Shown: piece after piece, positions 1 through 11,623 of the stretch
Layout of the letters: each line of letters starts with the position of its first letter
Numbering within the stretch: position 1 is the stretch's first letter
From: a virus
Reading direction: 5' to 3' (one strand)
IMG/VR virus record: IMGVR_UViG_3300045988_123629
DNA: 64,000 nt
Notes under the pieces: generated by a model
Seen by the model: the letters and a program-made list of their open reading frames with translations, nothing else
Database searches by the model: none
Told to the model about the DNA's origin: nothing
Made by a program: the position numbers and the translations under genes

Positions 1-1221
1 CCAAAATAAATTAATATAATGTTGGAAAGTATTAAAATAAGCAAAAAGACAGTCATCTAATTTTTCGCCAATATCTTTTATGATATCAGCTTCAATTTCA
101 AGTCGTTCCAAATAATTTTTATTATTATAAAGTTGCTTTTCTTGTAAAGCTTTAATACATTCATTTACCCAATATCGTTCTTGAATATTGTCGCTATTAA
201 TTAAAGAACAGATAATTGGATATTTATCGAACCAATTTGAAGGAATAAATCCTTTCTTATAATCCTTTACTTCAACTTTTGGAATAATTTGTTTTCTTTC
301 TAATGAATAAAAAGAAATTTTATTTTGGATCTCTTGAGTGTTATCAAGAATCCAATTTATCAATTCTTTTCCTGTTTTATTACCTTTATCCCAATCATTA
401 GCATAAGGTTCCATTAATTCAAAAATTTCATCACTCGTCATTAAGTAAGTAAATTTATAAAAATCGTCAACTTCTCTTTCTCCTGGCTTAGAAGTAAGAT
501 ATGCTTTATGAATGGATCTATCGTCTTTAGTTAAATAATGCGCATCTGTTCCAACTACCATTTTTAAATCAAATGCCTTGGCGATTTGATAAATTTTATG
601 ATTTACAATTATTTGCTCAGCATCAGTAGATGGCGCACATTCAAGATAAAAATCATCTTTTCCAAATACTTTAATACAAAAATTGATATAATCAATTATT
701 TGATTATAATATTTAGTTTGAGTTTCAATATCTTTGTTTAATTCAGCTTGGAACATTGGTAAAATACAACTCCCAAGTTCTCCACCAATACAAGCAGTTG
801 TTGCTATAACATGCCCTTTATATTGTTCCATTACCATTTCAAGTTCACTTTTTAAAGTAGGAACTCGTTCCATACGTCTATCAACATAACTATGAATCCA
901 AGCAATAGAACTTAATTCTCTTAACGCTTTATGTCCAATGGCATCTTTAGCAATAAGAATAAAGTGGTAATATTTTTGTCCGTTATCTCTTGTATCAGTG
1001 AGATAAATTTCATTACCAAGAGCAATAGTAAAATCAGGATTTTCTTCTCTTATTTTTTTTGCATATTGATTTACTTCCATATGCGCAGAAAGGCATTCAT
1101 GGTCTGTAATAGTTATTCCTGATAGGCCTAATTCTATCGCTTTGTCAATAAGAGCTTGTGGTCTATTAATACAGTCAAAGTAAGCGGAGATTCGAATACA
1201 TAGTATGATTATGGATACCAA
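1..1221 (-). CDS. dnaE: DNA polymerase III alpha (DnaE-type) N-terminal PHP domain, 5'-partial in window (gene runs off the window start)
   Basis: The minus-strand frame with codons on plus positions 1-3, 4-6 and so on is open from 1221 to 1 with no stop. The translation (...ISAYFDCINRPQALIDKAIELGLSGITITDHECLSAH...HFILIAKDAIGHKALRELSSIAW...TACIGGELGSCIL) matches the DnaE PHP-domain N-terminus. There is no ATG; the likely start is TTG at 1221..1219. The frame continues from the upstream HNH ORF across a single TGA. Confidence 0.6.
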   Translation of the reverse strand, partial: MVSIIILCIRISAYFDCINRPQALIDKAIELGLSGITITDHECLSAHMEVNQYAKKIREENPDFTIALGNEIYLTDTRDNGQKYYHFILIAKDAIGHKALRELSSIAWIHSYVDRRMERVPTLKSELEMVMEQYKGHVIATTACIGGELGSCILPMFQAELNKDIETQTKYYNQIIDYINFCIKVFGKDDFYLECAPSTDAEQIIVNHKIYQIAKAFDLKMVVGTDAHYLTKDDRSIHKAYLTSKPGEREVDDFYKFTYLMTSDEIFELMEPYANDWDKGNKTGKELINWILDNTQEIQNKISFYSLERKQIIPKVEVKDYKKGFIPSNWFDKYPIICSLINSDNIQERYWVNECIKALQEKQLYNNKNYLERLEIEADIIKDIGEKLDDCLFAYFNTFQHYINLFW

Positions 1222-1230
1222 AATATGATC

Positions 1231-1896
1231 TCATTCTAACTCCAGCCCTCCTTCCAAATTCATTATTTTATCAATAAAATAATCTGAAGTAGTATTTGTT
1301 TTTATTTTAAAAGCATTCCATTCTTCCATTGTCATATCTCTTTTTGAAAAATTTTCATAAACTGTTAAAAATTGATAATTTTCTAATTTTTCTTCTCCAC
1401 CTTTGGAGATTGGAATTATATGATCTAAGCTAGGTTTGGCCCAATCATAAAATGTTTTATTTTTATTCTTATTATTATTCCAAAATTGGTATACTTTATT
1501 AAATTGTTTATCTTGCCAAAAATATCTTATAATAGTTTTATATTCTTCAATATGATTATTATAATAAAGCAAATCTCTATGAGTAATTCTTAATGCTTTA
1601 TGTAAAAATAAATATTTTTCAAAATCTTCTTTAAATTCATTAAGAAAATCTTCTTCAACTTCTATATAAGTTGTTGCTTGGAAAGCTTTTTTCTTTCTAT
1701 CACAACCACAACTAGTTTGGGTATAATTCCCATTCCCTGTTAAATATGAAGTAGGCACTTTACAATAATTGCCGCATTCACATTTACACAGCCAATAATT
1801 TCCATGGGTTTGTGTCGGACGTTCTTCTATTGAGCAAAGACGTATAACTTTTAATTTTCCAATTTGTTTATCAGTTAAGTCATATTTTGTAGCCAT
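1231..1896 (-). CDS. HNH homing endonuclease (N-terminal Cys-repeat Zn ribbon plus HNH core)
   Basis: Track ORF of 221 aa. The motif HIIPISKGG...ENYQ is an HNH core. The N-terminus (LTDKQIGKLKVI...YWLCKCECGN...SCGC) matches the Cys-repeat module of three other paralogues in the window. It ends with TGA. Confidence 0.65.
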   Translation of the reverse strand: MATKYDLTDKQIGKLKVIRLCSIEERPTQTHGNYWLCKCECGNYCKVPTSYLTGNGNYTQTSCGCDRKKKAFQATTYIEVEEDFLNEFKEDFEKYLFLHKALRITHRDLLYYNNHIEEYKTIIRYFWQDKQFNKVYQFWNNNKNKNKTFYDWAKPSLDHIIPISKGGEEKLENYQFLTVYENFSKRDMTMEEWNAFKIKTNTTSDYFIDKIMNLEGGLELE

Positions 1897-1997
1897 AAAA
1901 AATCTCCTTTAATTTTGTTATATTATTTGAAAATCTAACAATAGAAATTTTTTAAGGTTGCCCGATTTTCATTTATATTTATATAATATCATATTAT

Positions 1998-2261
1998 TTA
2001 ATAATAATCAAATCGAGAGATATAATTATCGCATATACTACGAATATCTTTTAAAAAATCAGCAAATTCCCTTGACCGAGATGATATCTTATGCATATTA
2101 TCACAAACCATAGAATTTAATGTATCTAATTCTACATTTAAGTCATGGGTAAAAAGTTCTAAATTAGAATTTAAATCCTAAGCTAAATCCGCGTCTTTAA
2201 GAAACATATTATTTTCAAGTATAGCATTAATACTTGAATTTAAATTAGATGTATTTAACAT
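1998..2261 (-). CDS. hypothetical protein (87 aa) with one in-frame TAG
   Basis: ATG at 2261..2259 preceded by GGAAG. The frame stays open through a TAG (..KDADLA-TAG-DLNSNLE..) to a TAA at 2000..1998. Confidence 0.45.
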
Positions 2262-2262
2262 A

Positions 2263-3462
2263 TTACTTCCTTATAATTACTAATTTATCACTGGCTCTAG
2301 TAGCCATAGTATATAAATATTTTTTATGTTCTTCTCGATCAAAAGGATGATTTTCTTCAAATCCTAATACTTTTCCATACTCACTACCTTGTGCTTTCCA
2401 ACAGGTAATAGCGTAAGCATAGGAGAAATCAAGTGGAGGATCGAGGCATTGTTTATTATTTCTTAATTGATAGCATTGGCTACCTGTAAGAGTCCCTTCA
2501 CCGGTGATAAGTTGTTTATAATCAATTGGAGTCCCACAAAATTTATCTCCATCGCTTAAAACAATTTGAGTAAACATATAAGTAATAGGAACTTCTGAAA
2601 TATAATAAGGGACTCGAATGTCTTCAGTATAAAAATCTTCAATAGTTCCAACAGTGCCATTAGTTAAGGCCCATACTCGATTCTCAGACATAAAATCCCA
2701 GTTATTATGTAACCCAATAATTTTATCTCCAATTTGAGGGACATTAGGATCAAACCCTTTTCTTAATCGGACTACATTATTAATTTTAGTTCTCGTAGCA
2801 TTTTTAGCACAAATAATCTAATCTGCCCAATCGTACATTTCAGGTATAACTTGACTTTTATCATATACTCTTACTTGTTTTCCTTCTGGACGATAAGAAA
2901 TTAAAGATTTGCCTTCTCTAATCCACATTGAAAAACGAATAATTTCACTATCTTGCGCTTGACGCATAATTTCATCGAGAAAAATATGTGGTTTATCTAA
3001 TACACGATTATTTTCATTAGGATCTACAGGAGGTAATTGACCTGGATCGCCGGCCGCAATAATATAAATACCATGGGTTAGCATTAAGTCCCATAACTTT
3101 TTAGGAAGCATTGATACTTCATCGACAACAATTACTTTATATTGGGCTAATTCACTGTTATCTTTTGGAAAAAATTTAAAAGTTCCATTAGCCATCATTT
3201 TAGCTTTATATAAAAGTTTATGCGCGGTTGTCGCATTCGGGCAACCCTTTTGTTGAAGCACAGTCGCAGCTTTACCTGTAAATGCTACATAACAAACTTC
3301 TTCTTCTGGATCAACATCAAGAGCAGAAATAATAAATTTAATCAAAGTGCTCTTTCCGCTTCCCGCGTATCCCGCTATACAAGTCCAACGCTCATGGGCG
3401 TAATAGCGCTCAACCGCAATTTTCAATCCTTCTTCTTGTTTACGAGTTAATTCCATTTTCAC
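2263..3462 (-). CDS. dda: Dda/RecD-like SF1 DNA helicase (399 aa) with one in-frame TAG at 2818-2820
   Basis: Track ORFs 2818..3462 (Walker A GYAGSGKST, VVDEVSM, GDPGQLPP) and 2263..2691 (C-terminal motif WKAQGSEY..LYTMATRA) are in the same frame. They are joined by 43 sense codons and one TAG. Confidence 0.75.
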
Positions 3463-3661
3463 ACTCTCCAGGGTTTAATCTATAATATTTATTTTCATCA
3501 GCTATAAAATAATCACAAGCCCATTTTAATGTTCCATAAACACCTGTCGTATGTCTATCTATATTATCTAATTTAGAAATTAATTCTTGAGCTTTATTAT
3601 AATAAGAACAATTTTCATAATTAGAACAATAATTACATTGTTCTTTCCAGTAAATCCACAT
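3440..3661 (-). CDS. small Cys-rich protein (73 aa)
   Basis: Track ORF, ends in TAA. Contains several CxxC pairs. Confidence 0.4.
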   Translation of the reverse strand: MWIYWKEQCNYCSNYENCSYYNKAQELISKLDNIDRHTTGVYGTLKWACDYFIADENKYYRLNPGECENGINS

Positions 3662-3939
3662 TAATCATGTTCTCCAATTGCTTCATTAAGAATTTGGTAA
3701 AAACGTATACAATCTCTTTCATAAAGGTCTCTAGCCGCGTTTTCAGCTTCTCTTTTAGAATATCCTTTACTATTAATATACATTTCAATATCTTCCTTCA
3801 TAGCTTTATAGCGGGCTAATTGATATCTATAACAAAGACTATCATATATATAACCTTTAGTATGTTTTTCTCTTTCTTCAAAAAATTCTAAATTATTATC
3901 GTATTTATGAGCTTTATCAACCATTTCTTTTAAATCCAT
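3661..3939 (-). CDS. hypothetical protein (92 aa)
   Basis: Track ORF whose start overlaps the upstream stop as ATGA. Confidence 0.4.
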   Translation of the reverse strand: MDLKEMVDKAHKYDNNLEFFEEREKHTKGYIYDSLCYRYQLARYKAMKEDIEMYINSKGYSKREAENAARDLYERDCIRFYQILNEAIGEHD

Positions 3940-3942
3940 ATT

Positions 3943-4257
3943 TTATACCTCTTTAAAATCAACATCTTCGGGTTCATCTATATCAAATAATTCAAATAGC
4001 ATTGGGATAGTTGCAACACAAGCATTAACTTCATCATTACAACAATTATTTAAAAAATTCGAGGTAACAATACCTGCTACAAAACAAGCAAAATCTTTAT
4101 GATTCTAATTAAATTTTTTTACAAGAGATTCTAACTCTTCTTCGTTTAAAGAAAGTAAATAATCCTTTGAAAATTGTTTCTAATATTTAGTTAAATAACT
4201 ATTCCATTCTATATAAGACCTTAAAATCTTTTTATAACATAAAGATGGACTACCCAT
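3943..4257 (-). CDS. hypothetical protein (104 aa) with two in-frame TAGs
   Basis: ATG at 4257..4255. The frame is open to a TAA at 3945..3943 and fills the gap exactly. TAGs sit at 4180-4182 and 4105-4107. Confidence 0.4.
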
Positions 4258-4320
4258 AATATTTTTCTTCTTTCTTCATTTATATTTATATAATACCATA
4301 TTTTAATTATTTAGTCAAAT

Positions 4321-4767
4321 TTAGAATATAATAAAGTCATTATCTGTATTGTCAGCTTTAATTATCATAGGTGGTCCAAAAGAAATAGTTTTTGTGCGTG
4401 GCTGGTTAGATTCAGAAAAAATTTCAGATTTAAGTTTTTCCCCAAAAATTTCTAAATCACTTTTTTCATTTGACTTGTCGGTTTCTTCGTCTGTTCCCGG
4501 CCCGAGCAACCACCCTTTTTCTTTATAACCAGGGGTAGAAGCTTTAATCCATAAGTCTGCGATTTCATCTAATACCTTGAACAAATCGTCTTTAGAAGAA
4601 ATTCCCAGTTCATTTAATTGTTTATTTATTCTATTATTCACTTCATTATATGTATACCCATATGACCCTAAAGATTCTAAAATCTCGTGCAGGGCTTCAC
4701 CACTTTTTTGTGGGGTTGCCTAATATATCATATTAATGTCATCAGCATAATAATTAAATTTTCCCAT
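4321..4767 (-). CDS. hypothetical protein (148 aa) with one in-frame TAG
   Basis: Track ORF 4321..4641 extends upstream in frame through a TAG (4720-4722) to ATG 4767..4765, which has a GGAG RBS 7 nt upstream. Confidence 0.45.
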
Positions 4768-4830
4768 AATCTACTCCATAAATGAAAATAATGGCTATAT
4801 GAAGAAATAAATCTTCATATAGCCGTAAAA

Positions 4831-5670
4831 TTAATTAGTAAAATAATTATAAGCAGTGGTCGCATTCTTTTGTCTTTGATTTAAAGAACTTGATCCACAA
4901 CGCTCATAACATTTTGCAAAAGCTTTAGCAACTTCTTTTTCATCATTTAAATTTAAAAAAGAATTAAAATTAAATCCTCTTTTATATGAAGAACCAAAAG
5001 TATTAAATTCATATCCAATAGTATTTATTAAGAATTCGCATTGTGTATCTAAATCAGAATACCAAACACTTGAATATCCTTTACTCCATTGACAAATTCC
5101 ATAATAATATTTATTAGAAGCAGTTGGCTGTAAAGATAAAGTATTACCGCCACATTCTGCCATCATATTACCCAAAATACCGGCGCAAACCGCGTCATTC
5201 CATCCTTGGTCTTTCATATAAAGCCAAATTTCTGTCGCTACTGGATAAGTAGATGATTTATCATTCCATTGAGAATTAATTTTATCTAAACGATTCTGAT
5301 AAATTTCCAAATATCCATTAGCGGTTTCATATTCTTTTTTAGCAAATTCAATAATAGGATGATTTTCATCATATCCTAATGCTCTCGTTGCTTCGGCTAA
5401 GTCATGAGCACTATTTACAATCTCTTGATACTCTTGGATTAGAGATTTGAGCTCTTTACGGTTAACTGTATTATTAATTTCTCTATCCATAGGCTCCATA
5501 TCAATAGTTTCTTCTGGTAAAAAATTATATACAGTTGATGATTCAGAAGGGATGTAAGCTTCCGAAAAAGTAGTGATTTCGCTATAATTTAGAGCAAGAG
5601 CTGATGTTTGTAAAATAAAAATTAATACAAAACAAATAATGCTTCCTGCTAAAATCTTATATCTTTTCAT
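4831..5670 (-). CDS. secreted peptidoglycan hydrolase-like protein (279 aa)
   Basis: N-terminal signal peptide (MKRYKILAGSIICFVLIFILQTSALA). The motif GILGNMMAECGGNTLSLQ resembles the lysozyme-like motif found in the endolysin N-terminal domain at 25483..26784. Confidence 0.5.
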   Translation of the reverse strand: MKRYKILAGSIICFVLIFILQTSALALNYSEITTFSEAYIPSESSTVYNFLPEETIDMEPMDREINNTVNRKELKSLIQEYQEIVNSAHDLAEATRALGYDENHPIIEFAKKEYETANGYLEIYQNRLDKINSQWNDKSSTYPVATEIWLYMKDQGWNDAVCAGILGNMMAECGGNTLSLQPTASNKYYYGICQWSKGYSSVWYSDLDTQCEFLINTIGYEFNTFGSSYKRGFNFNSFLNLNDEKEVAKAFAKCYERCGSSSLNQRQKNATTAYNYFTN

Positions 5671-5843
5671 AAATGATTTCCTCCTAATAGGTTTTTTAAG
5701 TCTATTAGTCGTAGTGTCAATTATTAAAAATAATAAGCAGCCCTATCTACAATTTCGTAATCTTCTATAATAATCTAAGGACTAATGTTATTATTCCATA
5801 TATTTCGTTCGCATTTACCAACGATATTAATTGTCACATAACC

Positions 5844-7472
5844 CTATTCAGAATACAATTTCTCGTATTCCTCCTCGGACGACTTAAACTTGATTAAACT
5901 GATGCCATCTGGCATAGTTATCTTCAAGGTAGGATTTTTATCTTTTGACATTAAAGTTAAGTTATTTGATGCAACTTTTATTCCTTCAACGGCAATAGAT
6001 GCTTCTTCTACCCCTTGGCCCCAAAGTGATTTAAGTTGAGCGATATCAATAATATCTTTTCCAACTAAATCATTAGTGTGATAAATAAAATCAACACTAT
6101 AAATTGGGGTGAAATCAAAATCTTGTAAAGCAGAATTCGCATATTCAATAAATTTATCAAAATTATCATCAATAATACCAAATCCAAAAGCATTAGGATG
6201 TCCTTCCGCATACATAATTAGATTTGATTTTTGACAAAATTCTCTAAAGTCTTTAAGCGCGGATTTGTCGTATCCTCTGCCGGAGCCTTCCCAACAAATT
6301 TGTTGAGTTTCTTCATCTATTGTTTTATTAAGAATTAAAACAGGACGTTGATATTTGCTCATTAATTGATTGGCCATTAATCCAGTCAAATTTTTGTCAG
6401 CAGCAAATCCATCTAACTTAATTCCTAAGATTTTATTACTTAAAAGATTTTGATTTGCGATTATCTATTCAATTTTTTCCAAGCTAGTGTCTCTGATTTT
6501 AGTTTGCCTATTCTTGATATTAGTACAATTACGACAAGCTTGTTCTACTCTTGTCTCTGCTTGACCTTTACATCCACGTTTTGTTGAAGGGACAAGTTCG
6601 TATCCCTTAAAATCAAGCATTGACTCGAATAGCATGAGCTTTTCTTCTTGCGTCCCAACACGAGTAGTTGCATTAACTAAAGGAGCAATATAGAAAGCTA
6701 CTCCAATAGGCGTAATCTCATTATTAAAATGAAACTAATCTCTATTGATTATGCCTCTGAAGCAAGGATTGGTGATTTGTTGTAAGCCTTTATTAATTAA
6801 ATGTTTTGTTTCAAAATCACGCATATCCATCATGTCGGCCACCATTCCAAGAGCAACTAAATCCAATATATGATCCGCGTATTGAACGTTCATAAGTTCA
6901 TCAATATAACAACAAAACTTATAAACCATTCCTACGCCAGATAAAGATTTTGTCGGATAATCACATAATTGATTGTTAATAATACAAGCATACTATGATA
7001 TTTTATCAGCTTCATGGTGGTCTATTACCAACACGTCAATACCATTTTTATATAAATATTCGTGTTCTAAATAATCATTTGATGAAGAATCTGGAGCAAT
7101 TACTAATTTAATATCTTTATCAATACTATCTGGTATAATTCCGTGTTGTTTTCCTGCATGGACACGATAAAAAATATTGTTTTGCACAAACGCAGGAAAA
7201 AGACAGTATAAGTAATTCATGAGTGCGGCCGCCGAAGTATAGCCATCACAATCACTATCTACCTATATAAGAACTTTGTCATTTTGTGCAATATGTTTGA
7301 CGAGCATTTTTGCACCATTTTCTATTCTATCAATAGTTGCTGGTTCTATAATGTCATCATCAGTGGTATTAAGATAATGAGGAATATCTTGTAATTTAAT
7401 TCCTCTATTGGTTAGCACCTGTTCGACCGCTGAATACTGCGGGATGCGAGGGGCTTTTAGTTGATAGTCCAT
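5844..7472 (-). CDS. recJ: RecJ-like DHH/DHHA1 single-strand exonuclease (about 542 aa) with four in-frame TAGs
   Basis: Four track ORFs (7263..7472, 6993..7220, 6735..6929, 5844..6389) share one frame. The joining segments read DSDCDGYTSAAAL (DHH motif I), VIDHHE and SGVGMVY..LGMVADMMDM. A DHHA1-like stretch (AEGHPNAFGFG) follows. An AAGGAGG RBS precedes ATG 7472. TAGs are at 7263, 6993, 6735 and 6465. Confidence 0.75.
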
Positions 7473-7541
7473 AGGCTATTCAACCTCCTTTCATAATACC
7501 ACCACTATTATTTAAGAATTTCTATAATTTACTTATTCATA

Positions 7542-7859
7542 TCAGTCCTCTCCTACTGGATCACCATAGTAATGATAAGCAGTATAAGGAAGGGCTCTTG
7601 TGCATGGAAAAATAATAGTTTCAATAACTGAAAGAGGGGTTTGACAAGAAATATAAGAAATATTACACTTATATCCTCTGGCATTTCCAGTAGAAATAAC
7701 TACTTTCCAATAATCTTCATTTTCAAAAACTATAGAATAACGATTGATAGATTTAATTTTTTCTATTGGTTTTATATCCATTGCTTTGTATTGTTCTTCA
7801 ATTCTTTCCAATTGTTCAATTCCTTCAATGAAAGTATTACACCAAACAATGCCTGTCAT
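7542..7859 (-). CDS. hypothetical protein (105 aa)
   Basis: Track ORF. Confidence 0.3.
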   Translation of the reverse strand: MTGIVWCNTFIEGIEQLERIEEQYKAMDIKPIEKIKSINRYSIVFENEDYWKVVISTGNARGYKCNISYISCQTPLSVIETIIFPCTRALPYTAYHYYGDPVGED

Positions 7860-8146
7860 AAACCGCTCTCTCCCATCTTATGCCCTAATGGACAAATATG
7901 AAAAAGAACAGGAATTTCCATTTCCGTATATCCTTTTTCTAAATCTCCATTATATCTAATTACTTTTCGAGTTTCAATTCCACTTGATATACACTTACTG
8001 GTTTTATCATAATATTTATTACATTTATCGCAATAAATACAACTTCGGAGCAAACTATCTCTTTGTTTTTTTAATCCTTCGATTTGCGCGCTCAGTGAAA
8101 TAATTGTATCATTTACAGAGATAGGAATATCATAATCATCATTCAT
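7856..8146 (-). CDS. hypothetical Cys-containing protein (96 aa)
   Basis: Track ORF with CxxC motifs. Its start overlaps the primase stop (ATGA). Confidence 0.35.
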   Translation of the reverse strand: MNDDYDIPISVNDTIISLSAQIEGLKKQRDSLLRSCIYCDKCNKYYDKTSKCISSGIETRKVIRYNGDLEKGYTEMEIPVLFHICPLGHKMGESGL

Positions 8147-9246
8147 ATAAATATCCTTTCCTTATATAATTGTAAAAATTTTTCTTTACCATCATCAATT
8201 GGTGAATCTTTGTATTTTGTAATCATATTTTTATCAAAAATAAAAGATATAAGCACATCATTTTTAAATTTAGTTCTAATTTTTAAAAGATTTAACTTTA
8301 AGTGTTGAAATTCTGCGTCTCCAATTTCTTGGAATTGTCTATCAAAAGCAATTATAATTTCTTGCGCACCACTATCTAATAATAATTGAATTTGATGCGA
8401 AGAAACATTACTTCCGCAACAAGCTACTGATATATTGTTATTCCAACCGAAATCAGTAGCATATTTCAATACTGATTTTTCACTTTCAAAAATGATTGCT
8501 TTTTTCATTATGCCAATGGCCTTTTTAGACCAATTTAATCCATATAAGTTCATTCCAAGAGGATGATTATATAATTGATTATTTATTTTCATTGGTCTAT
8601 ATTTCCCATATAGCTCCGCCTCGTCTTTGCACATGGTGCGTCCGCGCAAGCCTACAAATCTTCCGCTAATATCATAATGAGGAATTGTAATTTGATCGGC
8701 TCCTGGATAAAAACCAATACGTGCTTTATTAATTACTTCTTGAGAAATTCCTTCATCAAGCCAAGGAATTATTTTAATATTATAATTTAATCTATTTAAA
8801 ATAGAATCATCATAATCTTTTAAAATAATTTTATTATTTTTTAATTCAATCTCTTGGATACGAGAATAATTTGATAAAATTTTCCAATCATCTAAAGTTT
8901 TACCCATATCGTCATCTTTTATCATGCCTGACAAACCAAAACGACGAGCAACCCATAACACTGAATCATTTAAATCAAATTCTTCATCATATTGAATTTT
9001 CATTACTTTAGAACATAATTCAAAAATATCAAAAGTTGAATCGCATCCCGTGTAGCATTTAAATAATCCTGTATTTTCATAAAAATAAAGTTTTCTGCTA
9101 CCTTCTCCAGGAGGATTATGACAAATGGTGGAAGAGAGAATCCCGAATTCTGTATATTCAGGATCTCCGCCCCATTCAATTAATAAATCATAAATATTTT
9201 CAAGCCCAAGAGCTTGACGAATTTCTGATTTATCAAATACTATCAT
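8143..9246 (-). CDS. DNA primase (T4 gp61/DnaG-like: zinc finger plus toprim)
   Basis: Track ORF of 367 aa with an N-terminal CHNPP..C..GC zinc-binding motif and a toprim-like ESEKSVL/DRQ region. It ends with TGA. Confidence 0.6.
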   Translation of the reverse strand: MIVFDKSEIRQALGLENIYDLLIEWGGDPEYTEFGILSSTICHNPPGEGSRKLYFYENTGLFKCYTGCDSTFDIFELCSKVMKIQYDEEFDLNDSVLWVARRFGLSGMIKDDDMGKTLDDWKILSNYSRIQEIELKNNKIILKDYDDSILNRLNYNIKIIPWLDEGISQEVINKARIGFYPGADQITIPHYDISGRFVGLRGRTMCKDEAELYGKYRPMKINNQLYNHPLGMNLYGLNWSKKAIGIMKKAIIFESEKSVLKYATDFGWNNNISVACCGSNVSSHQIQLLLDSGAQEIIIAFDRQFQEIGDAEFQHLKLNLLKIRTKFKNDVLISFIFDKNMITKYKDSPIDDGKEKFLQLYKERIFI

Positions 9247-9415
9247 AAGTAATTACTTTAGAACAATTTCTCATAAGTCCACACTGTTCATTAACATAAT
9301 GGACAAGCATTTCCTGCGGACGAAGCTTAGCAAGACTAGGAACGGCTTTATAAGAACGAATAATCTCCTTAGCCATTCTATTGCTCATCTTGTATTCAAC
9401 ATTACCACTCTTCAT
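9233..9415 (-). CDS. small ORF (60 aa), uncertain
   Basis: Track ORF lying between the helicase and the primase. Coding status is unclear. Confidence 0.2.
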   Translation of the reverse strand: MKSGNVEYKMSNRMAKEIIRSYKAVPSLAKLRPQEMLVHYVNEQCGLMRNCSKVITYDSI

Positions 9416-9432
9416 AATTTTTCTCCTTAATT

Positions 9433-10965
9433 TTAAAAAGCTGACTCTTCTTCAAGAGTAATTTTTATATCATCAATAGGAACAAGTTCATAAGCGTATG
9501 TAGTACAAAACATAGGAATAATTCTACAAGTTCCTAAATCTGCTTTACACCATAAAATAACTCCTTTATACCTACCACGTCTATTTTTATAAACAGACAT
9601 TTTAATAGTTGGAGTATCAAATAATTTTGTGTTTAGTATTTTTTCCAATGAAATTAAATCATCATCTTGGACATTTAAAAGAATTGATCCATAATCTACT
9701 TTATCTGCGATAGATTTTGCTCCACGCAAAAGATTCTGGTCAGGAGTTTTAGAATCAACATAATCACCATTTAACTGTGTTGCTGACATAATAAAAACAC
9801 CGTATTGATTACAAATATCTTTTAATTTGTTAGATAACATAAAAAGTATATTATCTTCACGAAGTTTTACTCCACCACTACGACGAGTAATTTCTTCAAG
9901 AATTTTCATACTTGTATGAATATAGTCATGAAATATATATTTTACATCGTGATCTCTGATGCCTTTTTTGATTTCATTTTCGACATCCTGTAATGAAAAA
10001 TCAGGTAATTCACGAATATACAATGGACTATCTTTAAGAATTTTCGCGGCTTCTATTACTCGTTCTTTTTCATTTCCTTGATATTCATTATAAATAATAT
10101 GTTCTTCATTCACATTAGAAAGAAAAGCAAGCATCATTGTTTGAATTTCATTTTTATCTTGCTCTGTAGTTATATATAATACTGGTTCTTGAATTCCGTT
10201 TTTAATCCAACTTCCAAAAGTATCATCATATATTTTATTACAAGCAATATAGCACGAATCCGCAATCATAGAACGAGTTTTACCTACACCGGTGGCTGCG
10301 GAGCGCAAGTAAAACTTTTTAAGTCTCGCTCCACGAGTAACTGTATTAATTAATGGCCCATATAGAGGACTTCCTGCTATTGGATGTTGCTCTAAATCAT
10401 CAAGCAATTCAAAAATTCCATCACCTGCTTGAACTGCAACTCCTTCAACATCATTTACATATTCATATTTAATTTGTTCTATGCGGTCATCAATTAATTG
10501 TGCGATATGCTCTAATGAAGAATTATCAAGATTATCTTCTTGTAATTGTTTTTTTTCAGTATCTAAAATATTATCAGGGTCATAAATAAAAGAAACATCA
10601 ATGCCATATCTATCATAGGCGCGAAGTAGAGACATTTTTTTTAAACGACCATAATAATAATCAAATGATAAAGGTTTCGCATTTTCAGAAACTTTTAATA
10701 ACCATTCTTCGCCTTTATTAACTTTAAATGTAGCTTCATATTTAGGGCGAGAAGAAAGAAAATCACTAATATTTTCTAAAGTAATTTTCTAAGCTCCTAA
10801 TTCATGAATTTTATATATTGCTCCAAAAACAATTCTATGAAATTCATCAGCAAAGTCTTCATCAGTTATTGTATATCTATCAGTAAAATCCAAAAGCTAA
10901 GGAGTATTATATACGCACCCTATAACTTGTGTAATCGCTGTTGGGTCTACATATTTACTCGGCAT
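9433..10965 (-). CDS. dnaB: replicative DNA helicase (DnaB/T4 gp41-like, about 510 aa) with two in-frame TAGs
   Basis: Track ORF 9433..10635 has the Walker A motif SAATGVGKT. It extends upstream in frame through TAGs at 10789 and 10897 to ATG 10965..10963 with an AGGAGG RBS. The added N-terminal 110 aa align with the DnaB N-terminal domain (AITQVIGCV..FHRIVFGAIYKIHELG). Confidence 0.75.
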
Positions 10966-10975
10966 TTAAGTCCTC

Positions 10976-11536
10976 CTATTCATCTAAAAATGTAAAAACT
11001 GATCTTTTTCGAGGTTCTTTTTTAGGAATAGGAATTTTTATTTCCTTTAATTTAGGAACGTAATCAATAACATTTTTATCTTTATTGGATTGTTGAATCA
11101 TCCAAAGATTATAATAATAATTGTAAGCGTCTTTATAAATAAAAGGTATAATACCAATTCCACCATTAGCTTTATTTTTATTATTTCCTTTAACTTCATA
11201 AAAATAAACTAAGGCTTTTAACATTCCAGAATATGTATATTGGTATTCTCTGATATAATCATTCATTTGCTTGCGGACGCGAGCATTAATATATGATTCT
11301 CCCAATAAGTTTTTTACATATTCTTCAAATTTTTCTTTATCTAAATCTTCTTTTGTTTTTACTTTTTCGGGCGGATTATGAACTTGTAAAGGAGTGTCTT
11401 CATTTTCAGCCTATTTAGCACATTCAGGGTGCGCGTATCTTCGAGATTTTATTTGAACATAAGGAAACTTATCTCTATCAAAAGTTTGCTGACAATAAAT
11501 ACATTTAACTTTATGTATATAAATTACTCCTTTCCA
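10976..11536 (-). CDS. hypothetical protein with N-terminal C2HC-type zinc finger; no canonical start codon
   Basis: Track ORF 10976..11305 extends upstream through a TAG into a zinc-finger-like segment (KVKCIYCQQTF..RRYAHPEC), up to an in-frame TAA at 11537-11539. No ATG, GTG or TTG lies in frame. ATA or ATT codons sit 2-8 nt after an AAGGAG. Promoter P1 is immediately upstream. Confidence 0.3.
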
Positions 11537-11552
11537 TTACTTTATATAAATA

Positions 11553-11580
11553 TTATACAATATTTTTAAATAAAAGTCAA
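11553..11580 (-). promoter_or_regulatory. sigma70-like promoter P1 (TTGACT-17-TATAAT), minus-oriented
   Basis: One of 19 minus-oriented copies in the window of an AT-rich motif: TTGA(C/T)(A/T)(T), a 17-nt A/T spacer, then TATAAT(A)TATT. Confidence 0.5.
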
Positions 11581-11607
11581 ACCGGAGCGACTTTTATCAC
11601 TCCGGTT
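11581..11607 (-). terminator. hairpin terminator-like (ccggag...ctccgg)
   Basis: Inverted repeat followed by a T-rich run on the minus strand. Sits downstream of 11624..12619. Confidence 0.35.
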
Positions 11608-11623
11608 ATAAATTATATTTTAT